Shown here: positions 46,736-60,849 of the stretch, piece by piece
Layout: every line of letters starts with the position of its first letter
How positions within the stretch are numbered: position 1 is the first letter of the stretch
From: Blasia pusilla
Taxonomy: Eukaryota
Length of the DNA stretch: 64,000 bases
NCBI GenBank assembly: GCA_050084515.1
Contig: CM114271.1
Coordinates: forward strand, 18,910,001 to 18,974,000
Direction of reading: 5' to 3'
The notes under the pieces: generated by a model
The model's database searches: none
Seen by the model: only the letters and a program-made list of their open reading frames with translations
What the model was told of the DNA's origin: nothing
Program-made: the position numbers and the translations under genes

Positions 46736-49700
46736 AAATATACTCATAAATGTGTGGGTTCATTAGAGACTTAGTTTGGAGGGCTTGGATTTTTGTACCC
46801 AAACTTGGGAATCATGGGACCCTCAGATTTGTCAAATCATAAGTTGCGTAACCACGGCTCCAACCGAACGTTGCGTAGTCGTGGCTCATGAGTTCAAATC
46901 AATATTCTCGAATTTTGCATACTATCACCGTCGAAATCTAGAGTGTGCCCTAATACATGAGGCTCGTAATTCAATGCCCTGCACACATAGCGTGATTGGT
47001 GGAGTTGGACCATCGTCCAGTGTGCCCTCCTATTCAGCATAGTGTTGGGCGTTAAGCCACGAGCATATAGCCTTTTTTGCTTTCCGCAATGAAGGCTGTT
47101 GGGATAGAGGGGATAAGAGGAGGAGATTTCTTTATAAATAAAAATCAAATTACCTTCTGGACGTGATGGAATGGGTGAAAATTGGTTAGATGGACAAGTT
47201 TGGATGCGGGAGGTCGTGGGTAAGAATCCGAGGATAATCCTGCGCGGAACGATTTCCATATTTTGCAATGCCCGTAATTCCGGAAAATATACAATTGCAT
47301 ATTTGTGTATTTTGTCATGGTTTGAACCTAAGTAATGTGGTCCTTATGAAAAACCATGGTGAAATGGTAGTGGACATCATATAATATGGCATGTGAATAA
47401 AGTTTATGTCTACAAACTTGTCCTCATGGGATTTTTCCCATTAAAAAATGAACTTTCCTTTTTCCTTCATATTCTTCTCCTCCCTTCCAAGCTTCTAGAC
47501 TCAAAAAGGGGAGGAGAATGTGGAGGAGGACTCTAAAAATAAAAATGGAGTATTTCATATCCTAAACCCCCATTAAATCCCTTGGATGTAGTTGGGTTCT
47601 TTTCATTATCAATTTCCATACACATATGTATATTTCATTTATTCCAAAAATATTGTAAAACATAGGGAAGTCCTCTAAAATGATAAATTTTGGAAGTCAA
47701 TCCTTCTTTGTTTAATACTAGTGGATCCACACCCATGCTAGCCATTGATTTTTTCTTTATCACTATCCATTGAGAGACCGTAAAAGATAAATGATACTTT
47801 AAAAAAAAAGGAAATTTTTTGGTGTGGTTTTTCACTTTTGGGTAATTTACATTAATCATAAATCGAATATTGTATATTAGATAACCACATCTATTTCTAG
47901 TAGCTCACTTTATTTTCTTTCCATAAAAGGAATTTTAAAAGAATACCCTTTGCAATGTATCATGTAACTCATTAGCATACAAGAAGTTCTAAGAATGATA
48001 AGTACCTCTCCATTTCTTGGAAAAAAAATTTTACATTGAAAATTTTTAATTATTAAATATATATATATAAGGAAAATAAGATGAGGCTTCCTTCATTCTA
48101 GGATATTATTTCTAGATTCAATGTGGTATTTATTTCAATTAGAATATAGGTGAGATCATTAAATGCTCTATTTATAGAAAGATGAAAATCCACTTGTAAC
48201 ATGTTAATTGATCTTATTTTCTTTGTACAAGGGATAATATCAGCTCTCACATTTTTTCAATCATTTTAATGATTAAATCAGAAAAAAAACTACAAGAAGG
48301 CACGAATTGATGGTTTTTGACAGAATGGTAAACATAAGTATTCATGAAAATATCAAAAGACACATGTAAGTGCCCAAAGATTTATTGTGCAAAAAGAATA
48401 ACTATTCGTAAGTCATATGTCTCACATCATAATTGAAGTCCTTGATTCTTACTACTATATCGATCATGGAACCTTTAGAATGTGTAGCTCGGCATACCAA
48501 GTCATAACGTATTAGATTAAAAACCACCACAACACCCATGAGATGAAAGCCAAATCAAGGCATAACAAGATCAAAGTGTTGACGAAAGGTTGCTAGCTTA
48601 GTAGTATTGATGTAGCTATGTATGAATGGAATATTTAATATTTTCATCTATATTATAATTAAAAATATTCACTTAATGTTGAAAGAATCCCATAAAAGAA
48701 GTGAAGTCTCCTAATGAATGAAAAATTATCCCTTTAAAAAAAATTAGAAGCCTATTTTCTTGGAATAAAAAATGCGCAAATTTCTAAACTTGGAGACATA
48801 TCTAGCACGTATTCATGGGATACCATTTCAGCATGCATGCATTCTTAAAAGCATTGGATAAAGGAATAATTATATGATCCCTTTACTTTTCTCACATAAG
48901 AATCTACATGTATGAGGTTAGAAAAGAATTGATTGAAAAATAATCTATTGTTATGAACTTTTGTTATGATGGGATAAAGGAAATGACCATTATTGTTGGT
49001 AACCCAAAAATATTTCTCTCCCACCCTAGCTGGACTAATTTTTTGTGTAACTTATTTGTTACGTTTAATTCCTTATACACGAAAGCAACATGAGAGACGG
49101 AAAATAACACCACTCTCAATCCTCCTTTTGGTACTCTATTACTCAAGTGGATCTACTTTATTATATCTATGTTGAAAGGAGCTTCATTGGTCTTGCAAAT
49201 TATGTTCTACTAGTAAGCATGCATGCACATGTAGTAGGTAGAAAAAACTTAATATCATATATTTATCTTTAAGCAAAAATTGAATGAGAATGCTTATCCA
49301 ATACACATGAAGCAAATCAAAAGACCACATTATACATAGTGATGAAAATTCTTGAGAAAACTTTTGTACATACAAGATTGGGTGTGTAATTCTCTTATAC
49401 GTTATCTAGAGTATTTTTTCCTCGTTAAAATAGGGATTGAACTCTTAGCACTTATCCTAGAAAAAACTACATATAATTATCCATAAGAAAAGACCAATAT
49501 CATAAATTATCTTCTAAGTTGTTATAAGGTTTCATTTTGAGACTTATTGATAGTTATAGGAAAAAAATGTCTGTAAGATGTTAACATGTATCTCATCTCA
49601 GTAATTTGAAGTTGAATATGAGTTAGATGCAATCAATGGGAAGCATACTTGGAATGATATTCCTAGGAAAGTTTAAATCTCCAATATTCCTTCATGCATT

Positions 49701-51831
49701 ATATATATCTCTCTAACATGTTGCATAAACCCATCAACCACCAATCGTGTTTTATTTTCTTTCCCTTTCTTTCTCCAAAGTACAATCAGTGTATCAATCT
49801 TTAAAGATAAATGATGCAGAGGAAATCTTGCATGCAAATATATACTTGAGATTCTTTTGGATAAATATAATTCATCCCTTCATCCAAAACAAATCCAACC
49901 CGAAGATAGTTATGCTCGTACAGACAACATACAAAAATATTTGTAATTCTTAATGAAGAAAATTATGGGAAGTAAATGGTATAATCCTAAAAAATTGAAA
50001 AAAAATTCTCCCACCTCCAATAGCCAATTAGAAGCATTTAATTGTTAAAGACGTGTTAGTCCTTAAGAAATTTGGATTCTCATATTAATTGTAAATTTCA
50101 TTACCCTCATATGAGACAAAAAGTGGGATATATTTGAGTGGCTTGCACAATTTGCGAATGATATCGATGATAAAAAAAAAGGACTTAGCAAAAATTACAA
50201 CAAAAAACAATAAGCTTTCCTCCAAATGGAAAATCTCTCGAATTTGGAGAGATCCATCCATGAGATCTTATGAGGTGTGATTAATTTATTTAAAGGCGTA
50301 TCAAAGAGTCAAAGGGTCTTCATCCCATATAATTAGTCAAGCATGTCTAAATACACATGTTTTCTCACCATTGGTGACCCATGCTACATCCCCATCTCCC
50401 AAGCTTCTGACTAATCCACGACTGTCATGTTGTCCAAACCCCCTATATTCATGCTAGCATTAGTAGTTGAATGATGAAAGGAATGGCCAAAATCTATAAC
50501 AATCATTTATGGACGAAATTTTTTTTTGGATACATATTATAGTGAAACCAATTTCGGCATGTAAGATCCAAACCACAACTCCAATCAAAAGAATTATTAA
50601 TAGGACCTAATGCCAATACCGTGCATTTCTAATTATCTAAGTTAAATTTTTGCATTTCTTTTAAGAAATGCTTACATCAAAATGCACATGAAAGATTTTG
50701 GTGATAAAAGGCAAATATGAAAAACTTTTGAAATTTTTTGGAAAGAGTTGTCAACAAATGGAGAGAGAAACCTTGAGAAAAATTAATTATGGTGACAAAA
50801 AACTAACCAAATGATTCCGAGGTCCTAAAGAAAAGAGGGTGGAAAAGAGATCGGTTCTAGAAAGTAGAAATGAAAGAATCAAACTATGAAAAATAGAATA
50901 GAAAGTTATGCTAAAATAGGCACCGTGTGTCATAAAATTTTAAGTTAAAAAACACACGTGTGTGGAACTTTGAAATTATTTCACAAAAGGTCCTCAAATA
51001 ATAGCATAGATACAGCTTCCCTTCTAAAAACGAGCCCAATGGGGATTCTCATCGTCATAGAATGATTTAAAATTTCTTTTTCTTGTTTTATATCTTGGCT
51101 AGAAATTTATCGGAGATAACACGGGTCAAACATCCCAACGCCTGAGGAAATGTATTGCACAAGCAGCATAGATTGGAATTATCACATCCATCCCTGCATC
51201 CCAACCATCGATGGGACTACACCCTAAAGTTGGCGCCGACAAACTCCGCTAATAAATAAATAAATAAATCAACCAATCAATCAATGAAGAAAGCACATCC
51301 GCGCTTCTCTCCCTCCGCGAGTCCGCATATATGAGTCAGTCGAACGAACAAACAAAGACACGATGATAACGATGGCACGTGGCAGCAGAAGATTGCGACG
51401 CACGGTATCTGGAAGCTCTCTCCACCTGAACTGCTCCGAGAGACATACAAAACAACAATTAGCGAAAGGAGGAGGAGGAGGAGGAGGAAGGGAACAGGAG
51501 CGATCTGCGTGCGCGGTGTTTACGAGGAGAGGAGAGCCGGACGTTTGAAAGTTTAGGGTGGTGGTGTGCGTGCGTGCGTGCAGGTTCCGAGAAGTTGGGG
51601 TGGGGTTTTCGCAGCAGAGCGTCGATGAGTACAGGATGATCGTGGGGCGCAGTTGAAGTGAGGAGACTTGCAGAGTGAGGGGTTTGCTGTGGGAGGGCAG
51701 AGGAGAGAGAGGGATTGATGAGAAGGGGAGATTCAAATAAGTCGGAGGTGATGGGAGGAGCGAGGAATCGGAGTGGGAGATGGTGACCATGAGGCGGAGG
51801 TGCTGGTCCAGGCGATGAGGTGAGAGGTGCT

Positions 51832-54800
51832 ATGGTTTGGGGTGGTATGGCTGCGGAGATGGAAGGGTGCAGGGGAGATCGGTCGTGGACCTGCAGGGTG
51901 ATGGCAGGAGGAGCGCGGATAAACCTTGTGGTCGCCGTAGTGATGCTGCTCTTCGCCTCCGGTATGTCGGGAGATGAGTTGATCTGCCTGTGATCGTGGC
52001 CGGATCGATGTGGAATTGTTTGACTGACTGGTTTTGGGGGGATTTCTGCGTCTGCAGCGTGGTCTGCACGTTGCGATTGCGTAGGTTCATGAAAGTGGTG
52101 ATACGGACAGATCGATCTAGAGTGTCTATTTCTGAGGGGATACCGCGAGCGTACTCCCCACGACCGTCTTTGGATGGACTCGTTGTGTGTTGCTTCCTTC
52201 CAGTTGTGCTTGGTCTTTGATAGACTGCAGCGGAGATGAACCGTTTCCCTTCTCTCATCCAGCCTACGTGGGTCTCTTATCTCATCTGATGGGGCAGCGT
52301 TTTCGCAGTTTGATGTGTTGTGGGCGAAATCTTCTAATCTAGGTTTTCACCAATCTATCCATGCTTCAAAATGTACTTCGCCGTCGATGTGGCGAGGAGA
52401 TCAGCAGAGTTTGAGTGGTGTGACTGTCAGAAAGGTGTAAAATGGGTAGGCAATGATTCTTCTGGTTCCTCAACCCGCCATTCTCTTCGACAGACAAGAA
52501 TAGGTCAGCAGGATATGAATTAGAGACGGGTTTCTGGGGAGCACGGGTAGTGAGTACTCGATCCATTTGTTGATGGGGTGGGTAGGAATTTCTTTTGGGT
52601 TTATGGTGAGTTCGAAATATGTCATCTCTTCAGACATCGGTGGGATAAACACCAGATGGGGCCCCTGTTTCTGGTTTTGATTCATCGCTCTATCTACCTT
52701 CACGAGATGAATTTGAGAGACGGATTTTGGTTAATTACCCCAGTATGTGATGGCTTGTCGGCTGTGACGCGAAACCCGTGTGTGCGGGATTCTTACAAAA
52801 GGGATCTCAAAGGCTTGAAATCTGCGCGCGCAGCTTTGCTCAGTGACATTTCCTGGTTTGCATCAAAATGGACGAATTGATTTGAGAGTCTCGATTTCAT
52901 CTATGTGGTGAGGTACTCTGGTTTCCGGTTAATAAGAGGTGTTTTGTTTCGGGTGCAGATGCATTAGCAGATGGCAATGTTACCATGGATTCGATCGTCA
53001 TCTACAACACTCATGAATGGTTCGGGCTAGAGCCGACTGTTTACTTCCAATGTCACGAAGAGAAGAAAGTATACCTCCCAGATGTTTTGAAAAAGAATGA
53101 GCAATACGTGTTCATGGGGCAAGAATCATGGCAGGTGAGATTTAAGCATTTAATGATTCAGCTCTGGCTGCAATATGTGAGAGGACATGATCATGGTGCA
53201 ACATGTGGGAGTTTTTGAGGACTCTTTCCAACAATATATCCTTCTCGGAACGGGTGGATCCTAAAGTTTTAACTTCGGATGGAATCAAATAATGTAGCGA
53301 AACTTCTCAATTTCTGTGTAGGATTCTTGTCTATTCTCTGACGTTTAATTGGAGAAAATTGTAATGATGGACTCAGCATTTTTTTATGTCAAAGTAGAAT
53401 GATTTTGTCTGAAAAAGCTTTTTTTACGTACCAACAATTTGCACATAACACGTTGGATTGTTCTTTGCAGCCTTTGACAACGTTGTATGGAGAAAAGTGC
53501 AAGCGATGTGGGATTTATGAAGAAGATGAAGTGAAGGCAGATGACACGTTTTACGAGTGGGAGCTGTGCCCTAAAGATTTTACCGCTTCTCTAGATGGCA
53601 GACATGTTATTTTTCAGGACAAGGAATTCAATGTCTCACTGCTCTGTCCAGACTGTATCCCTCAGAGTAAGTTATCAAACACTTCAATTCAGTGTGTGAA
53701 CTTGACATGTACTAAGTGGCTTTTGGTATCTACTGGCAGTTTTGTAGTTGATTTCATATTCTTCTCTAGCTGTGTGCACCCAGTTATTTTTCCGTGACCA
53801 TGTCTATTGCAGTACAAGTCCGCTGTCAATCAGCTCTAAAGATGGATACAGCCAAGTTTGAATCTTATGGCCTGACAGGGACAGTGAGCAGGAAATTAAA
53901 TATATGAGGTTTAAGTTTCTGCATGAAGTATCAAAGGTCAACAAATGTTTTGATTGAACGCATTTTGAGAGGACATAGATCTAGTTGGAATCATGGTTAG
54001 TTCTTCACTGGCGGGCTGTGGGAATAAACTCTTATGAATCCACACCTTTTTGCATGTTCAAGAAAATGTACAATGAATCAGGCCTGGCTCTGGTAATTGG
54101 GGAACATGGAAGAGAGTCATTGATGGGAAACCCAAGCTGAAATCAGTGACAGACATGAATCCTGGACGGTAGTTCTAGATCTTATGAATCACAAGGTCTT
54201 GTCAGGGACTCCCTCAGCCTTACTTCAGCCATCCTTCAATGCTAGATTCAAGCTTGAGATGTAACCTGAAGACCCAAGAAGTGCAAGTGAAATTTCAGCA
54301 GAGGGTTCCTTCTACTGCAGAGGCACCAGGGTCTCCTACTCCTATTTCTGGTACTGCTTATGATTGGATGTAAGTGGTACCTTTGTGTGTATTACCTTCA
54401 ATCTCACAACACCTTGATTAGACATAGAACTTGATGGAAAAAATAGGAATATCCTTAGTGGTCCCCTCCGAAGAGTAAATCATGTTGGAGGTGCAGATCA
54501 CCACCAAATTCTGATCGTCCGCATCCACAGGACATGGCAGTTATTCATTCTTGCCAAAGTCGTGCAACTTCCAAAATGGGTCATCTGCAACGGGGCTGGA
54601 TTTGTCATTTTTGCCTCTCTAACCAAACTCTACGAAGTCTGGACTCTCAAGAAGTTGGAAAAGAGATTGAGTTATAAAAATTAAATATGGGAAATCATTA
54701 TGATACAAAGATGAGGGATGTATTGTATTAGCAGGAGCATTGTCGTATTTGTTTCTTGCGTTGGTTTTCTGTTTTCTGAGAATTCCGGGCATCCACTATC

Positions 54801-55066
54801 TCCTGATTTTGACAGGTACTGAGGGTGACGGAACTGGAATGGGAAATTCTCCTGGTCATGGTGATGAGGAGGAGAATGAGGGCAGAGGAGCAGGTTTTGC
54901 CTTTGTGATTGTTATCCTTGTATTCCTTGTCCTGTGTGGATTAGGAGTAGTTGCCTACACAAAATGGCGCCAAAAGCAAAGGGCAGAACAGCAAGCTCGG
55001 TTTGTGAAGATGTTTGAAGACCATGATGACCTTGATGCCGAATTGGGATTGAAGGATGACTTATGA
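51832..55066 (+). CDS. Conserved plant single-pass membrane protein of unknown function (At3g53490-like)
   Basis: Exons 51832(or 51901)-51961, 52959-53134, 53471-53666 and 54816-55066 join in phase through GT-AG introns. Features: signal peptide MAGGARINLVVAVVMLLFAS; conserved domain VTMDSIVIYNTHEWF..PTVYFQC...LPDV...GQESWQPLT...CKRCGIYEED...DDTFYEWELCP; TM FAFVIVILVFLVLCGLGVVAY; acidic tail QQARFVKMFEDHDDLDAELGL. Extra internal exons are possible. Confidence 0.88.
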
Positions 55067-58000
55067 TTCTCACCGACCTCTAAATTTTGGTATATAGATC
55101 TTTACAAAGTAAGAAGAGTATGCCATAAAAGCTGACGGTTGTGTGTTTTGTTCTGAAAATACGAGTTGCAGATTGAGACATGTACCAAAAGAGGGCAAAT
55201 CAGGTGCTAGTTGTACATTAGTGCTGTGCAGGTCCGTGAATCAACTTGCGTAATCTTAATGACTTGTGCACAATGATAGTTATAGCAAACTGTACTAGAG
55301 GTAGGGCTTGCATCTGTGTATTCATTGATGTAATTCAGTGTAAATATATCCGTGGCGGGGTCTTTTGAATGTTTGCAGAAAACAATCCGAGTAAGCAAAA
55401 ACGTCCCATAAACTTTGAAGGAATCCAGAGATGCCCACGGGTTCACTTCCTTCGTAGGTGGAGGGACTCGGTGGCAAATAACTTGCCTGAAACAGGTCAA
55501 GTTGAGGCATGCGTTCATCTTTTTGTCATGCGGGTGCTATTAGTGCCATGGTTTCTGCCACTGCTGTGCGCCACGTGCATATATATGGCTTGGGCATTGA
55601 TGAGTCTGGAGAATAATTTGATACAGGTCGGTGTGGCTGAACTGAACCCGGTATTCGAATGGAAATGTTTTATTGACTTGTCCCATCGACAGCAGTAAAC
55701 GGCCAGGGCCTACAATCAAGGACAGGAAATAGTTACCACCTTGAATGCGTGTCGCAGTGCACCATAGAAATCGAGGACTTGAACCGTAGAATTTCAAGAC
55801 TTCGGCAAGACGTTTCGAAAGCTGGATAGAGAATAGGATTTAAGGGAGCGTAGGACCGTGGGAATCCTGGGGGTGTGGTCTCCGGTGCGACTAGGATCAA
55901 GGGAAAGATCCTATTGGAAAGGAAGTGCAAGGTGTGAGGTCTCCGGTACAAAGTATCCGAGTCTTTGCCCGAACAACTCTTCGATCACCCCAGTCACACA
56001 AGCCACGAACGCCGTCCATACGGGGCGTGACCCTTCCCTGCGTAGTTAGAATCGCGTGAAGCGCACTTCCTCAGGCATTGCCTTTACTGCCTAGACCAGG
56101 AATTTCGGAAAGCTGAGGTGTATCTTCGTCCGCAATGCGCTTCACTCCGGGCCTCGCCCGCTCGACGATAGAAATGAGCCAGAGTCGGCATCGTCTACTC
56201 CCGTGTACCACCTTCGGATATCGATCGGGCTCCGTGTGAAGAACGACGGCATGCTCAACTAGCGTGACACCGAAAGCCACACTCATACCTTGGCATCCAA
56301 TCCCGCGCAGCTAGACCTGGCTTCAACTGTCCGCTGAAACTCGCACTCTGGAAGGGAATGGGAGATTTTGAACTGATGAGCAGATACGGTGTTTCAGCAG
56401 CCGCCAGCCTGCGATCACCTCTTTCTTTCGATCAGTGCGCAGCGCGGATCGGAATCGGAATCGTTCCTCGTGAGATCACGGGCACCGTCCTTCCTTTCAC
56501 ACGAAGCTACGTAAGCACCAGTCTCCCACGCTTCCCCGACCATTGTCGGCGCGTAAGAGACGAGCACGTGGTTGAACCTCGCCTTGTGTGCGCCTCCGGT
56601 GGAGTAGTCTCTTTAGCCATGAGATGCGAATGGATCTCGTGAAAATTCTGTGTAAAGGGGAGGACAAATCCGTCAAATCCCGGTAAGAAAAAGCTCGTGA
56701 ATACTATTCGACTGTTGTAGACAGGTAAGGTACTATGCGGAAAGGTGATAGTGACACGGTTCATATTTTCTTCTTACACGTGTTACAAACTAGTTATTAA
56801 AGTATGTCAGTTAAGTTAAGATTTAAAACGCGTCACCACAAAGAGGAAAAAATAGACACCAGGATACTCCATCCTCTTTTGATTATATGGATGTGGAGGG
56901 TGCCCCAAAAGGTTAGATGGAGAGAAAAAAATAGCCAGTAAGGTGATAATAAAAGAACTTGAATGTATATATATGAATTCTTTTCAAATGAAACTACTTT
57001 TGCTTTTTATTATCACTCTTTTTCGTGTACTCTTGACGCTACACTTGAGAATTGTTTCCCGCCACTTTGTTGTTGCCGTATGTCAGTCCACCGCCAGAAA
57101 GAAATATGAGAAAATCGGGCAACGATTCCGCATGCAATCTTTTGAAAGAAAAATGAAAATTAGATAAACACTCACACACCACGTGTGCAGGGCTCTCCAA
57201 TGAGGCAATTCGGTTGCCCACATGCACACAATGCATTCTCCCTACCCCCGACATCTTTCTAATATAAAATCAACTCACATGGCAAATCTCCATCGCAAAT
57301 CTTTGACATGGAAGCCTTTCAAGTTTTTACTTTGGGAAAAGAATTTCCAAAGACTAAAGTATATAAAAAAAATCTGGGTTGGATTATTTCAATGAGAATT
57401 TTACATGCAATGGAAATATAATTTGGAAAAATCTCTAGGTTGGGATTTTTGGTGATGGGAATCTAAGTTGAAGGATTTATGGTTGTATATTTTATGAAGA
57501 ATGACCCATAAAATATACAAGCATAAATCATCGGATTTTATGGAAATCCCACTTGAAAATTTCCGGCTAGATATTTCCTACTGAATACCTATGGTGATGG
57601 TACCTAGTATGACAAAAACTTATTGGTTGTATATAACAAATCGACTATTTTTGGTGTCATATCTTATTTAGCCAACATTTAGAGTTCTATCGCATCGACA
57701 GCATAGAGGGTCAGCAGGTTGTTCGAATGTAACTTTGTCTTGAGATGTCGGATGAGGTTGGTGACATGCCCGTTGTGTCGAGAACATCGCCTCTGTAAAT
57801 TTCCCTATTTTGTTCTTTGTCAGCCAAGTGACATGTTGACCGAGTCAATGGTCACCCGATAACCTCTGCATGCTAGTTTTTTGTTTGGAGGCTATTTTGA
57901 GGGGAAGAGCCAAAAGGCTCTTCCTAAGGCTATACGAGAGGGAGATATGCCTTTCCCAAGCCATCTTTCTCATGTTGGGCCTAAGGAGCAGCTCTCTTGC

Positions 58001-60849
58001 TTATGTATGTAGGAACTAGGGTGCTAGCATCCGGATTCCCTCAAAATAGAGGGTGCATGTGGCTCGATATGCCGATGTAGGTTTAGGAGTGGAGTTTTAG
58101 GTTGGATGAGCCATTTTTACTCTGATTTTTTTGTATGATCTTCATGTATATATGCGTGAGTGTATATTTTCATTTATGAGTGGATCGACCCGTGTGTTGG
58201 GAAGATCAGTGTTGTGTGTTGTGTAGATGTGATTACAATGTGGACTGTATAGTGATGTGCATGCGCACGACATTGGGAACATAAATATGACATGGAATTT
58301 TCCGATTGGACTTGTCAGAATGAATTTTTATGACGATGAAGATCTGACCCTACAAAAATTCTCTGTGGGATATTTTCAATAAGTTCAAAAAATAAAACCT
58401 ACTAAGTGTGAAGCCTTTGTCCATAGAGAAAAATTCTAGAGTCTAAGATATCAACTACTAATGCCAATTATGATATAATTACATAAGGCTTCAACCCAAA
58501 AAGAAAGAGAGATTTTTCTTCTTGTGGGAAGACTAGTATGATTTTAATAGTATAGATTACACTTATTAGGGTGGTTCATTTGGGGAATCAATATGTCAAA
58601 GCGTAATACCCAACTTTGTGGGTTAGATTGCACACTTGTTTTGATTCTATTTCCAACATAATGCCTAGGAGGACATTTCATTTGGGTTTTGCGACGACTT
58701 TTCATGCTATTAAAATGTTACCAATGAGGAATAAGTGTGTCCCTAGGCATCCTCTGTTGTAACCTTAAATAGTGATAAAGATGACGTCCTTTTCCTATAT
58801 ATAAAGGCGTACATATGCCATTTGCAGAAGAAATGATCTTTTTCCCCCCATACCACAACTAATTTGAGCCACCATATTACCTTAATTCATATGGTAATTT
58901 AGATACCATTGATGACATAGGTACTTTAATTGCCACTTGCCGCAAACATATTCTTCTCAAAAGGGGGAAAAAAAAGAAGAAAAAAAGGTAAGAGGACTAT
59001 TTAAAAGAACTTAGGCACAATGATAAACTAGCTTCCCATGCTATATTGTAAGGGAAAGGAGGTTGTTACATAATACATAATAGTGAGGTGCTTATGCTAT
59101 GCATAGGCTCTTTCAAAGAGTCGTAGGTTTTCGTTTTCCACACTAAAATGGATCACCTATGTAAAAATTCCTTTTGCAATATACATGTATTAGATTTAGG
59201 GTGAACATAAAAAAAAAACTCAATCCTCCCATAATATATAGATTTAGAGTGGCTTTAGTAAGAAAGGCCCCCAAAGATGTACAAATTCTCTCAAAGATAA
59301 TCTTCATTGATAAGCATGCTCACTACAAATTTTGGAATCCTTCTAAAAATGATTTGCAACATCTTTTTATTATAGCATGATACACAAGTAACAAGAAGAC
59401 AAACTACTAAACCTATGGTGTTTAACTTGAAAGGAGAAGGAGTGGATAGAAGAGTTGAATTCGTTTAGGTAAGGAAGGAAGGTGAGTCGATTTTTCATTT
59501 TTCCCAATGAGGTGAGGAATAGGAGGTGCATTTTCCACATTAGAACCAAGGGACAAGGATTGATGAGGGATAGATAAGGTTTTTTAGGACATGAGCAAAT
59601 TCATAAGGGGCGTCGAGGAGAATACACTAATTTTTTTCAAAATAAGAGCAAGGAGATCTTCTTTGAATTTTTTCATCTCATGGGTACACCAAAAATTCCT
59701 GGCTTTAACATTATAAATTTATCAAACTGATTGACATAAATAATAGAAAAAATCTTATCAAATTATTTGAATATTACCAAAATATCATGAAATATCTTCA
59801 TGGAAAGCTAGGCATTCATAACTAATCCATTTGTATAATATATTTAAGTCATTTTTTAAAGAATAATATATTGCTAAAGCATGTCGATTAGCTAGAAAAA
59901 AATTTAATAGGGAGGTAAAAAAAATTTAATGGGAAATATGTTTTTCCCTTATTTTAGGATATTTTAATCTCTATTCAAATTTTATTTTAGATTACTTTCA
60001 AAAAAATTCCCACATTTTAATTTTATTTTCATATATTGATGATATTGCCATTCATATGCTAACAAACATTATAAAATTGATAGTTTTTTTCATGCATAAA
60101 CGTCAGTGGAAATTTCAAATTCCTTTAAATTACACAATGACAAATTAAATTTAAGGAGTTTTCAAAAGAGTTGAGTGTGATCATTTTGAGGATGAATCAT
60201 GCCTTATCTAAACTATAATTGAAGGAAAGGGGGGGGGGGGGGATGGGTTTGGTTTCCTTAATATGGAGAAGTGTCTTCTAAAAGAAGTGAAGCCACTTCC
60301 CATAAAGGTAATCCTAATCGTTGGTTACCTTTTCTTGGAAAAAAAAACTAGGAAAATTTAACTTGCCCCAAAGTGCCTCAAAGATATGATTCGATGCTAC
60401 TCAATTCAATTTTAATCTATTTAAGATGGGATTGATGTTTGATCATCATTCAAAGATTATTAATACTTATGACATGTGTAACCATTCAAACAAGCTTGAG
60501 TGGAAATAAAGGCACTAATGGAGGAGAAAGTGAAAGAGAAGGATGGAATGGAGCAATCTACTGCTAGATCACTATTGAAGGAGGAGAGCAAACAAGCTAA
60601 AACTTGCAAATAGTCTTTGATTACCTTTTAATGGGGTTTTCGTATTTGTAATTGAAATTTGAACTCGATCGGTATGGATCTAGATGCTTTCTTGATTTAT
60701 TTTTTATGAAATGAAGAGTATGCTTGCTCTTCTCTCTAGAATGCGCTCTAAGGCACTCTAACTAATATGGGGATTTTGACTTTCACGGGCTCAATCAAAC
60801 CTTGATGATTACCGACATACTTAGCTCCAAGGTTGCATATGAACAACGT

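Noticed and set aside
57650-58150. Possible ancient CRE 3' fragment
   Set aside because: Only vague motif echoes; cannot be aligned by eye to 6800-7300.
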